Source: an uncultured Bacteriovoracaceae bacterium
Lineage (GTDB): Bacteria > Bdellovibrionota > Bacteriovoracia > Bacteriovoracales > Bacteriovoracaceae
Assembly: GCA_964012805.1 (NCBI GenBank)
Contig: CAXGUD010000044.1
Location: 1-29,218 of the forward strand
Direction of reading: 5' to 3'
Length of the DNA: 29,218 nucleotides
Numbering within the stretch: the stretch's first letter is position 1; every line of letters starts with the position of its first letter. Shown piece after piece: positions 18,227 through 27,057 of the stretch. Both the position numbers and the translations under genes were made by a program. The notes under the pieces are model-generated. The model worked only from the letters and a program-made list of their open reading frames with translations, searched no databases and was not told the DNA's origin.

Positions 18227-19048
18227 CTAAAGCCAATCAGCAAAAAAGGGTATCATTTTATGATGGTGCGTTATTGGGGCCATATGTCCACCTACCGTTT
18301 CAATCAATTCGCTATTTTCTAGACCCTCTCTGAGAAGCTTACAGACTTCCAGCTCCTCTTTTGGACCACTTTTACCTCTTAGAATTCTAATTGGGTGCTT
18401 TATGTCCTTCCAATAGGAAAGATTCTTATTATCAAAGCAAAGTCCTTTTACTTCGCTGTAAACTTTTGGATATATTTTTCTCCAATAGTCTTTGCTTTTA
18501 GAGCTCAACGAGACCCAAAAGCCATCATGATTCCAAAAGTCTAAAAAAACACAAAGCCAATCATCTTGTATTAGACTTTGATAAAAAAGTTTTTGACATA
18601 ATTTTTCAAAATTTCTCTTAATCATTTGATTTTGACTATCAAACCTCAAAACCCCCCAGGCAATAGGTTCAAAAAGAGCTAAGCGTCTTATTTTATCGGG
18701 ATATTTTTTGGCAAGTGAAAGTGCTAAGAAACCTCCATAAGAATGACCCACCAAATCTACTGGTCTTCCTCCTTTATCATATAGAATGTTTACAACCTTT
18801 TCTGCGGCCAACAAATCGATATTAAAGTCAGGTCCGTCACTTCCAATCCATAAATCAGAAGGAGGGTAATTTAAATAACTTAAAACATAGCTCAAACGAT
18901 CAGGTATAAGCTGGAAAAGAGAAGACCATTGATTTCGACCAAGTCCAGAACTAGGAAGGATTAAAACACCAGGATCTTCTCCTAATTGTTCTTCAAAAAA
19001 CAACTGGTATTTTTCAATTTTTATATACCCCATATCTATTAAGCTCAC
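18227..19048 (-). CDS. Alpha/beta fold hydrolase
   Basis: 273 aa; nucleophile elbow VGHSYGG, LFEP, C-terminal GGHMAP. Confidence 0.92.
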   Translation of the reverse strand: MSLIDMGYIKIEKYQLFFEEQLGEDPGVLILPSSGLGRNQWSSLFQLIPDRLSYVLSYLNYPPSDLWIGSDGPDFNIDLLAAEKVVNILYDKGGRPVDLVGHSYGGFLALSLAKKYPDKIRRLALFEPIAWGVLRFDSQNQMIKRNFEKLCQKLFYQSLIQDDWLCVFLDFWNHDGFWVSLSSKSKDYWRKIYPKVYSEVKGLCFDNKNLSYWKDIKHPIRILRGKSGPKEELEVCKLLREGLENSELIETVGGHMAPITHHHKMIPFFADWL

Positions 19049-19077
19049 GTATTTTTTAATAAATATATTAGTCTTAC

Positions 19078-19104
19078 TTATCGATTGCTCTTACCCTTTT
19101 TTAA
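19078..19104 (-). promoter_or_regulatory. Putative sigma28-like promoter
   Basis: Minus strand TTAA-N15-ATCGATAA (or TAAA-N14), 30 nt upstream of the hydrolase. Confidence 0.45.
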
Positions 19105-19280
19105 ATGCTTTTCTAATAATGAAATAATTCTATTCCTTCTTGTCTTTTGAAAATTAAACGCTAAGTTTTCAAATGATTTTCTTTTCAAGTCGTTTATAAT
19201 TAAAATAATATAATGTTTTTAAATATTTTTTAGATTAAAGTTGAAAATCATCTAAACTTCTTCTAATTGGAGGACCTTTA

Positions 19281-19742
19281 ATGAATACAGAGGTTATGTA
19301 CACATGGAAAGAAAAAGACTATAAAGATAAAGAAGTCGTCAAAAGAATTGTAAATACCTTCGTAAACGCTCTTGACTCAAATAGTTTTAATGAAAAGTTC
19401 CAGGTACAAATCGCCCAAAGTGACAGACTCATCGACTTCAGTATTCTCATATCAATAGAAAAAAGTCTTGTATCTTTAGGGGAAGAGCAAGCTATGAAGA
19501 ATTGGAAAACATTAGAATTAACTCATCCTGGCCTAGAAAACTCAAGGCTCTTTATAGATAAGAAAACACAAACAGAAATTGAAATTTTCCATTTGCCAAA
19601 TCAATTAAACTACTCAATCTTTACATATGTCCATTTCAAAGAGCCTAACATTGAAACGAATAAAAAGCTTGATCTTCTAGAGCAAAATGGAAAAGAAGTT
19701 AGTCAGTCTTTTATTAATGTTCTTGATTTTCTAAAGGCTTAA
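19281..19742 (+). CDS. Hypothetical cytoplasmic protein
   Basis: 153 aa ORF with strong GGAGGA RBS; no motif recognised. Confidence 0.8.
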   Translation: MNTEVMYTWKEKDYKDKEVVKRIVNTFVNALDSNSFNEKFQVQIAQSDRLIDFSILISIEKSLVSLGEEQAMKNWKTLELTHPGLENSRLFIDKKTQTEIEIFHLPNQLNYSIFTYVHFKEPNIETNKKLDLLEQNGKEVSQSFINVLDFLKA

Positions 19743-19834
19743 CTTATTTAAAACGAGGACTAATTAAGTCGGTTTTAAGTTGTGATCACTATTTTGAAAA
19801 CATCTTGTGAAAATATAGAACCAAAAAAGTCATT

Positions 19835-20620
19835 TTAGATTTTCTCAGTATTTGAAGGTACCAATTGCCCCAAAACTCTGTAAATAGATCTTCTCATTTT
19901 TAAAAATGCTTTATAAATGCTGGTGGCAAGTACTTTCCAATCAAAGACGCCAAGGCAAACAAGTTCTTCCCCTTGTTCCCAATTGGGGTTTTTTTCAAGA
20001 AAAAACTTGATTTTTTGATAGCGGCTTAACAATATATCATCAACCGGTGCAACAGACTTTTTCAAGGAGTCGTAATTATTTCCAAAGCACAATGTTTTTG
20101 TTTCTGGGTTATAAGCATCAGGATAATTTTGCATAGAAAATTCATCCATGACTTCTTCCATCTCTTTTGGAGTTTTTACTTTAGGGTTAGGATAATATTC
20201 TGGAAAGTTATTTGCCAGAAGCAGATACGTTTTAAATCCTTTAGAAATTAAAAACCAATAGAGAGGCTCAAAAGGCTTCTTATATTTTTCTTTAAGAAGA
20301 TAAAAAGAAAAGGCAATATTTAATGCCCTATCGCCCCAGAATTCTTTTTCAATAATTGTATCACCACTAAAAATACCTCTTACTTTTTTACCTGAACTTA
20401 AATTAAAGTTAATATGCTTTAGTGTGGAAAAACCTTTTATCATATCATCACGGCGGCTTCTTAAAATAATGACCTTATCTTTATTGAGCAGATCTTTTTC
20501 AAATTTTTCTCGGGTCGCATTTTCATAATACTTTTCATAAATACTAAACATTCTACATCTTTCAGGAAGATTTAGTTCTTTAACTAAAATTATATCTGCT
20601 TTTAATTTACTGCCTTTCAT
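19835..20620 (-). CDS. Conserved GNAT-like (acyl-CoA N-acyltransferase fold) protein
   Basis: 261 aa; IKGFST, FSGDTIIEKEFWG, YWFLISKGFKTY, FF..NP.W..GEELVC; ATGA overlap with the upstream gene. Confidence 0.75.
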   Translation of the reverse strand: MKGSKLKADIILVKELNLPERCRMFSIYEKYYENATREKFEKDLLNKDKVIILRSRRDDMIKGFSTLKHINFNLSSGKKVRGIFSGDTIIEKEFWGDRALNIAFSFYLLKEKYKKPFEPLYWFLISKGFKTYLLLANNFPEYYPNPKVKTPKEMEEVMDEFSMQNYPDAYNPETKTLCFGNNYDSLKKSVAPVDDILLSRYQKIKFFLEKNPNWEQGEELVCLGVFDWKVLATSIYKAFLKMRRSIYRVLGQLVPSNTEKI

Positions 20621-23532
20621 TTTAATTGACCTTCATCACTATTAAAAAACCCCTTCTTCGAAAGAGTTTTGTATTGATTAAGTGATAATTTATTTCTCAA
20701 CTTAATTTCGGTTTTCTCATTTCCACACCAAAGTACCTTTAGCTCTAGAGAGTTACTATTAAGAGCATAATCACCTAAACCAAAATGAACTCTTGTATCA
20801 TTTTGGGCCGAAAAACCAGTCGATAAACTAACCTCTCTAACTTGGAAAACCTGTTTTCCTTTTTTATTTTGGTAATGAAGCTCCACTCTTGTTCCAATAG
20901 CTTGCCTTGAGCAATTTTTAAAAGATCCTTTATGAAAGTCATATTGAAGATTTAATCCTATAAAAGGATTTTTTTCTTTTTCACCTTCGTTCCACTTATT
21001 TTTAAATAAAGTTGGGTTTGAAAATATATGAGTAACAACTAAGTCCATCAGACCATCGTTATTAAAGTCAGCTGCTGCCATTCCTCTTGAGTTTAAGGCT
21101 TCAGTCATACCGATTTCTTCAGATACATCAATAAAGCGAACACCATTTGCTTTACCTGTGTTTAAATAAAGTCGGTCTTTTTCATTACCATAAATACAAT
21201 GACCTCTTATATCACCCCAATTGTGAGCATACCTGTGAATAGAAGGTGCCGACCTAGCTATTTTTTCATTTACATACCAATAGTCTGGACAATTTTTTTG
21301 AGTTCTATCTATTTTATCATCTACCATTCCATTGGCCTGAGAAATATCCAAGTGACCATCATTATTAAAATCCACAATTGAAGCTCCCCAGCCAAACCTT
21401 TGTTCATTGAGAGCACCGAGTTGGGTTGCTTCGTCCTTTATTAAAGGTTTTTTAAGACCCAACTCTTCGATATTACCCTGAGCTTCTTTTTGACCTTCTT
21501 TAGGGTAGAACATCCAAAGAAGACTTCCCTCTGCTTGCATCGCATGATGAACATTTGAAACATAAATATCTAAATAACCATTTCTATCAACGTCACCAAA
21601 GGATGCATTCATTCCCTTATAAGTATCTTTCCCAATAGATCCAAAAAGGTTTCCTTCTATTTTTTTAAGGCCTTGTCCAAAATTATTATAGTAAAGATTG
21701 TCAGGACCGAAATCATTTGCAACATAAATATCTGTCCATCCGTCTCTATTAAAATCCCCAGTTGTTAGTGCAAGAGTCCAAAAAGTCTCGGGTAACGCCA
21801 ATTCTTTCTTTTCAATAAACGTTCCTTTCTTTGTTTGTATTAAAAGAATATTTCTTCCGCCATTATCGGCCATATGCCAACTAGCATGCATAAAATTAAA
21901 CATTCTTTTATCACCTTCATACTCTTTTTTAGGAAGGTTAAAAAGATTTAGCTTTTTAGGATTTTCTTTAGGGTAATCAGGTAGGTTTTCAGGCCAAACT
22001 TGTCCTATAATTACATCTAAAAGTCCATCTTTATTGAAATCAAAGAAGGTGGCACTAACGGAGTTGGTGTAAAATTTATCAAACCCTAAATCTTTGGTAA
22101 CATCTTTAAATTTTGCTTTACCTCTTTCATTCAACATATTCTTAAGCATAATAGAATGTCCAAAAGCATAAGAAAGAAAAAGATCTAAGTCCCCATCATT
22201 ATCATAATCAACAAATTGAGCATTCGTATTAAGACCAAACTCTTCAATTTGATCAGGTCTGTTTTTTAAAGCAGGTAATTTTACCCTTTCAAATGAAAAA
22301 TCGCCTTTATTTTTATAAAGGGCGCTCCTGTACTTTCCCTTTTTTAATATATTCGTTAGAAAAATATCTACCAAACCATCATTATCATAATCACCGACAC
22401 TAACTGAATCACCAACACTTAAAAGCCATTTGGAAAAGTGTGTTATTCTTGGATCAACCCTCTTAAGAACATTCCCAAATTCGCTTCCCAAGTTAGTCTT
22501 ATTTAAAGGAATTGTATTAAAACTAAAGCTTAACTTTTCTAACGATGGAGTAGGCAAAATTTTTGATTTGTAAACGGTCACACCAAAAAAGGCAATGGCA
22601 GATAAAATAAAAAGTTTTATCAAAAGTCCTTTTATCTTATTAAATGTATTTTTTATTCCAACTTTTCTAAATTCCCGAGAATGAAGAAGAAAAAGTTTCC
22701 CAAGTTGAAGCGTAAGGCCTGCATAAAAAAAAGTATAATAACTTTGCTTAATATGAAAAATGAGGTCCAATACTGCTAATAAACTCCCCGTAATAATCTG
22801 ACTTTTTGTATCGCTTGGTGACGTTTTTGGGTCCGTTATCATAAAAAAGGTAAAGAGAAAAAATGCTGGAGAAGTTAATGTCCCCAGAAAGAGGGTTTCA
22901 AAAGGCAGATGGTGCTTCATCAACCAAGCTCTTAGGGCCGTTTGAAGAGTAAAAACAGCTAAAAAAGAAAATACCAAGGGAAAACGCTTAACCTGAGGTA
23001 CCAGAAAAAATAAACCAAAACCAGCAATGAAAGCCCCCATAGCGCCAATACCATTCCACTGGTAAGCGGGAGAAGATGTTATAAGATGTCCACAAAAAAT
23101 TAATGAAAAACTCACCCCTGCTTGAGCGGGATTTAAAATGTGGCGACCTTTAAAGGTTAAAATATGCTTGCTTCCGATTGCAAAGAAAACTGGAACCAAA
23201 AGAAGATAGTGTCCATGTGAGTAATTCAAGAGGAGTGACAGTGAAAAACTAGTAATAAGAGCACTTAAAGGAAAGAATAACTTTCTTTTATCTTTAGGAC
23301 AAAATAAATTATAAAAGGTCAATTCACATAAAAGGGCGGCCAAACTTGTAATTATAATTTGGGTAGGCTCCCTATTAAAGCCCAATACTGTTACACCTAA
23401 AACTAAGTAAGAAAAAAGAAGGAGAGCGATCCTCGCCCTCGGATCAAGGAAGCTTTTTATCTTTTGTAAAAAAGTAACCAGTGATGAGGTAGGTGTCTTT
23501 AAAAAATAAGGCTGTAAAATTGTATTTTCCAT
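20617..23532 (-). CDS. Fusion of RnfD/NqrB-like (UnbU-type) membrane domain with FG-GAP/VCBS beta-propeller and ASPIC/UnbV domain (CRTAC1 family)
   Basis: 971 aa; N-terminal ~320 aa polytopic with AIGSKH...GRHILNPA and FFMITDPKTSP; seven D-x-D/N-x-D/N-G-x-x-D repeats; C-terminal AIGTRV...STGFSAQNDTRVHFGLG. Confidence 0.9.
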   Translation of the reverse strand: MENTILQPYFLKTPTSSLVTFLQKIKSFLDPRARIALLLFSYLVLGVTVLGFNREPTQIIITSLAALLCELTFYNLFCPKDKRKLFFPLSALITSFSLSLLLNYSHGHYLLLVPVFFAIGSKHILTFKGRHILNPAQAGVSFSLIFCGHLITSSPAYQWNGIGAMGAFIAGFGLFFLVPQVKRFPLVFSFLAVFTLQTALRAWLMKHHLPFETLFLGTLTSPAFFLFTFFMITDPKTSPSDTKSQIITGSLLAVLDLIFHIKQSYYTFFYAGLTLQLGKLFLLHSREFRKVGIKNTFNKIKGLLIKLFILSAIAFFGVTVYKSKILPTPSLEKLSFSFNTIPLNKTNLGSEFGNVLKRVDPRITHFSKWLLSVGDSVSVGDYDNDGLVDIFLTNILKKGKYRSALYKNKGDFSFERVKLPALKNRPDQIEEFGLNTNAQFVDYDNDGDLDLFLSYAFGHSIMLKNMLNERGKAKFKDVTKDLGFDKFYTNSVSATFFDFNKDGLLDVIIGQVWPENLPDYPKENPKKLNLFNLPKKEYEGDKRMFNFMHASWHMADNGGRNILLIQTKKGTFIEKKELALPETFWTLALTTGDFNRDGWTDIYVANDFGPDNLYYNNFGQGLKKIEGNLFGSIGKDTYKGMNASFGDVDRNGYLDIYVSNVHHAMQAEGSLLWMFYPKEGQKEAQGNIEELGLKKPLIKDEATQLGALNEQRFGWGASIVDFNNDGHLDISQANGMVDDKIDRTQKNCPDYWYVNEKIARSAPSIHRYAHNWGDIRGHCIYGNEKDRLYLNTGKANGVRFIDVSEEIGMTEALNSRGMAAADFNNDGLMDLVVTHIFSNPTLFKNKWNEGEKEKNPFIGLNLQYDFHKGSFKNCSRQAIGTRVELHYQNKKGKQVFQVREVSLSTGFSAQNDTRVHFGLGDYALNSNSLELKVLWCGNEKTEIKLRNKLSLNQYKTLSKKGFFNSDEGQLK

Positions 23533-23540
23533 AGCATCTG

Positions 23541-23569
23541 ACTATAGACCTAGTCCTAAACGACCTCAA
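23541..23569 (-). promoter_or_regulatory. Putative sigma70 promoter giving a (near-)leaderless transcript
   Basis: Minus strand TTGAGG-N17-TATAGT ending 8 nt before ATG 23532; no Shine-Dalgarno sequence. Confidence 0.5.
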
Positions 23570-23736
23570 GAAAAGCCTTCAAAAGAGTGTAAATCTTTTA
23601 TGGGTTTTACTTTCATCAAAATGGTTATAAGTGACTTATTCACTAAGCCCACTCCAAGTGATTGTTTTTATTGGGGTATATAACACTTACCTACAGTCAT
23701 TGACGCAATTTATTAGTAGGTGTATGTCACATAATT

Positions 23737-24744
23737 ATGACTAAGACACAAAAAAAATTATTAATGATAGGCTTAACTCTTACAATTCTCATTTTGTGGT
23801 CTCTTGGCATGACTCTTTTTAATAATTGGGAAAAATTTATTAACTTTTGGCCTATTACTCTGATGATGGCATTTGGATCTTTTATCGCGGGAGCAACTAC
23901 TGAAGGTGGGGGAGCTGTGGCATTCCCCGTTTTGACCCTCTTTTTTGAGATACCTCCGGTTATGGCCAGAGATTTTGCGTGGATGATACAAACAATTGGA
24001 ATGGGAACGGCGGCTTTTTCAATTTTAATTTACAAAACACCTTTTTATAAAAAGGTCATCCTTCCAATTTCTCTTGGAGGGCTTCTTGGGCTATACCCTG
24101 GTATGAAATTCCTTGCTCCTCTTGTCCCACCAAACTACTGTAAGATTTTTTTTACCTCCCTCTGGTTAAGCTTTGGTGTCTGGATTTTAATTATTGAAAA
24201 AAGGAAAAGAAAATTAAAAGTAAGGGATAAACAAAATGATAACTTTTCTTTACCTCTAACTAAAAAAAATACCTTCATTCTTTTTTCAATTGGCCTTATC
24301 GGAAGTCAAATCTCGTCATTAACTGGTACAGGTTTAGATTTATTTTCTTTTTCCTTCCTAGTCCTTTATTTTAATCTTGACCCAAAGAAAGTTACTTTCA
24401 CTTCAATTATTTTAATGGCGGTCAATTCACTATTCGGATTCCTCATGAAAATTGGCCTGGGCGGCCCAGCTCCCGAAACATGGTCAATGTGGTGGGTAAG
24501 TGTTCCGATTGTTATTTTTGGAGCTCCATTAGGCGCAGCATTTATTAAAAACAAGTCTAAAAACTTTGTCCTATCCCTTTTAGTTGTGATTATTCTCATC
24601 CAATTTATTATGAGCTACCTAATTGTGAATATGACTTTTGAACTCTATCTTTTCAGTTTTCTAATATTTATTTTTGGGTTTTCTTTTTTCTTCTTTGTTT
24701 ATTCCAAAATGAATTTTAAAAATATCAAACTTACCTACTCATAA
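23737..24744 (+). CDS. Sulfite exporter TauE/SafE (TSUP) family membrane protein
   Basis: 335 aa, highly hydrophobic; GSFIAGATTEGGGAVAFPVL in the first half, SSLTGTGLD in the second half, GAPLGA. Confidence 0.88.
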   Translation: MTKTQKKLLMIGLTLTILILWSLGMTLFNNWEKFINFWPITLMMAFGSFIAGATTEGGGAVAFPVLTLFFEIPPVMARDFAWMIQTIGMGTAAFSILIYKTPFYKKVILPISLGGLLGLYPGMKFLAPLVPPNYCKIFFTSLWLSFGVWILIIEKRKRKLKVRDKQNDNFSLPLTKKNTFILFSIGLIGSQISSLTGTGLDLFSFSFLVLYFNLDPKKVTFTSIILMAVNSLFGFLMKIGLGGPAPETWSMWWVSVPIVIFGAPLGAAFIKNKSKNFVLSLLVVIILIQFIMSYLIVNMTFELYLFSFLIFIFGFSFFFFVYSKMNFKNIKLTYS

Positions 24745-24785
24745 TTTTAAAGGCATTCTTTTAGTTTTATCTTACAAAAAGTAAT

Positions 24786-25817
24786 TTAAAACCTAAAACC
24801 AAAGCCTGAGTTGATAATCCAAGGATAATTTTGATAATCGTCTTCAGAGCCTAAAAAGAGCCCCTTAACAACTCCAATTGTTACAATAACAATATCCTTT
24901 ATATTCGCCCCATAACCAATCGATAAATTATGACCCCAAACACCTTGAGGCTCGAAAACCTCACTATCTATCTTATACCTTTCATAAAAGGAAAAACCCA
25001 CCTCTGAATAAATCAAGTGACTTCCCCAATTTGAATGAAACTTAAAAATTTTATTCAAGTCGAACGTAATCTGTGGTCCAAATGAAATATAAGTATTGAC
25101 TGAGTTTGTATTTTTATTAGAAGGAAAGTTACCATTAACTCCTCTTACTTCAGTCGGAGTTCCAATCGTGAAGTTAAAGTCGACATCTCCAAAACCATAA
25201 ATTCTTTCCCCCAAGGAAAAGGATATAAGGGTTGGCCCTCCCCACTCCCAACCAAACCGGAAAAAGATCGAACTTGTTAAATTTAAATTACCAACTTTAA
25301 TCATTTTATTTTTATAAGTCTTAGACCAGATTAAAGTTCCATTTTTAGCTGAGTAAAAACTTACTTTTAATTCAAGAGATAACATATTTTTTATAATTGT
25401 CACTTCACCGTAAGAGTCTACATTTTTCTTTTTCGTTAAGGCCTTTATGCTTTTAAGATTACTAAAACCTTTTTTAAAATAAACTTGATTTCCAATTGTA
25501 TCTCCTCTTTTCACAGTACAAGCTGTACAATATTTAAAATAAAATGAAGAGTTTTTGATCTTCATGGTTTCAAATGACTTTCTTACATGAGATTTAAAAG
25601 ACGGATGTATTCCATTTTTGAGATATATATTTAATAATATTGAGGACTTTACCTTATTGCTGAACTCCTTAACGTCAAGCTTAAAATCGTTTAACAAGAG
25701 TTCAAAAGTATCATAGATAGGAGATTTAGTCCTGCCCTCTGAGTGAACCTTTTGCTGAAAAAAAGATATAAAAATTATAATAAAAAATATTACTTTTTTT
25801 GTTTTGGAAGTATTCAT
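24786..25817 (-). CDS. Putative outer-membrane protein: N-terminal alpha/beta domain with CxxC plus C-terminal beta-barrel
   Basis: 343 aa; signal peptide; CTAC; alternating aromatic/Gly strands in the C-terminal half; ends in a beta-signal-like INSGFGFRF. Confidence 0.75.
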   Translation of the reverse strand: MNTSKTKKVIFFIIIFISFFQQKVHSEGRTKSPIYDTFELLLNDFKLDVKEFSNKVKSSILLNIYLKNGIHPSFKSHVRKSFETMKIKNSSFYFKYCTACTVKRGDTIGNQVYFKKGFSNLKSIKALTKKKNVDSYGEVTIIKNMLSLELKVSFYSAKNGTLIWSKTYKNKMIKVGNLNLTSSIFFRFGWEWGGPTLISFSLGERIYGFGDVDFNFTIGTPTEVRGVNGNFPSNKNTNSVNTYISFGPQITFDLNKIFKFHSNWGSHLIYSEVGFSFYERYKIDSEVFEPQGVWGHNLSIGYGANIKDIVIVTIGVVKGLFLGSEDDYQNYPWIINSGFGFRF

Positions 25818-25848
25818 CTAAAAGCTATATCCATTGTGATAAAAAATT

Positions 25849-26295
25849 CTATTCATTCATTTTATATTTTTCTAAAATATCTTTGGCCCTTTTGAAATCG
25901 ATATTTTCCAACCAATAAAGAGCATATTTTCTGCTACAAAAACTGTCTTTAATATCCGATTTTAATCTCTCCTCAATAAGGTCAAAAATTTCTTCATCGC
26001 CATAACAAGAAAGGCCTAAAATAGCGTCCAAGTAATAAAAATCTTTTTTATCATTATGAGTGATATAATCCTTCAAAATATTTTTAGCTTCTTTAAAACC
26101 TGTTAAGGCCAAAAACTTTGAGTCTTTTGGCCCATGCATTAATTTATAGTTCAAAAAAAGTACTATTTCCTGGTTCGATGCCTTCACCCAACTAGGTAAT
26201 TCTTTTAACCAATTACATAGAGCTTCCTCTCCCTCAACTTTAATATAATTCCACTCTGCTCTTAACCTTTCTTCAGTTTTACGATCCATTTTCAT
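25849..26295 (-). CDS. Hypothetical alpha-helical (HEAT-like) protein
   Basis: 148 aa; repeated patterns LALTGFKEAKNIL / AILGLSCYGDEEIFDLI / ALYWLENIDFKRAKDIL; AAGG RBS. Confidence 0.7.
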   Translation of the reverse strand: MKMDRKTEERLRAEWNYIKVEGEEALCNWLKELPSWVKASNQEIVLFLNYKLMHGPKDSKFLALTGFKEAKNILKDYITHNDKKDFYYLDAILGLSCYGDEEIFDLIEERLKSDIKDSFCSRKYALYWLENIDFKRAKDILEKYKMNE

Positions 26296-26356
26296 AAGAC
26301 CTTAATCACAAGAATGAAAATCTCTTATAAATTCCACTTTTGGATTTTTTTTACTT

Positions 26357-26872
26357 TTACTTTTTTATTATTTCATCTTTTTTAAAAGACTTATCTCTCA
26401 AATTACAATCTAAATCGCGTCCGACCTTCCGGCTTAAATTTTCTGCAAATTCAAGAGTTCCTTTACCTAGAAATATTTTAATTTTTTTTCCTTCTAAAGT
26501 TACTTGATGAAGACTCTTTATTTTTTTGTTTTTTGAAATGATGATAGCTTTAGCATTTTTCAATTTATATGACTTCTTATAAAGTACTTTTCCACAAAGT
26601 GATCGACAAACTGAAAAAGACCTCTTTTCTTTATTTATTACTAGTGTTTTAAAAAAAAAGAAGGAAAAAAGCCCATAAATTAAAAACAATGAAAAAGAGA
26701 AAATTATCAAGTTTTTGAGAACAAATGAATGAAAAAAATAAAAACTTCCAACTGATGTAGGATACAAAATGGAAAAAAGAATGGATACAACAATCATAAC
26801 AATCACAGTAATAATGGTAACCTTTAAACACATTTTTCTATGATAACGAGGATATAAAGGGTATTGATTCAT
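26357..26872 (-). CDS. Hypothetical membrane protein (2 TM + basic, possibly PH-like beta domain)
   Basis: 171 aa; two hydrophobic segments followed by TLVINKEKRSFSVCRSLCG..YKL..AKAIII; GAGAG RBS. Confidence 0.7.
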   Translation of the reverse strand: MNQYPLYPRYHRKMCLKVTIITVIVMIVVSILFSILYPTSVGSFYFFHSFVLKNLIIFSFSLFLIYGLFSFFFFKTLVINKEKRSFSVCRSLCGKVLYKKSYKLKNAKAIIISKNKKIKSLHQVTLEGKKIKIFLGKGTLEFAENLSRKVGRDLDCNLRDKSFKKDEIIKK

Positions 26873-26908
26873 TTGTTTCTCTCTTGTATTTATTTAATTC
26901 TGCTTATT

Positions 26909-26935
26909 TTATCGGGCCTAAAAAGTAAGGGTTTA
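26909..26935 (-). promoter_or_regulatory. Sigma28 (FliA) promoter, near consensus
   Basis: Minus strand TAAA-N15-CCCGATAA (11/12 match to TAAA-N15-GCCGATAA), 36 nt upstream of ATG 26872. Confidence 0.72.
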
Positions 26936-27057
26936 GCAATATCATTTTTTCCGACTTAAATGGTAAAGTAGGCTTCTTAATTCATTTGTATGTTCTAAGT
27001 TAAGTTAATGAATGATAATATTAGCTAAATCGTCTTAATTTTTTTTAAAAAGCTACC

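Noticed and set aside
8392..19048. P450 + methyltransferase + SRPBCC-SDR + hydrolase as one biosynthetic gene cluster
   Set aside because: No core synthase; the genes are interrupted by ybcJ, a kinase and hrpB, and lie in different orientations with separate promoters
19748..19778. Imperfect hairpin TTAAAAC..GACT-aatta-AGTC..GTTTTAA between convergent genes, and a nearby TGTGA half-site
   Set aside because: Weak, bulged AT-rich stem with no clear U-tract; no matching TCACA half-site for CRP
20617..23532. Calling the gene rnfD/nqrB, or calling the locus an enediyne cluster
   Set aside because: No FMN-attachment motif seen, no other Rnf/Nqr subunits, and no PKSE or thioesterase in the window
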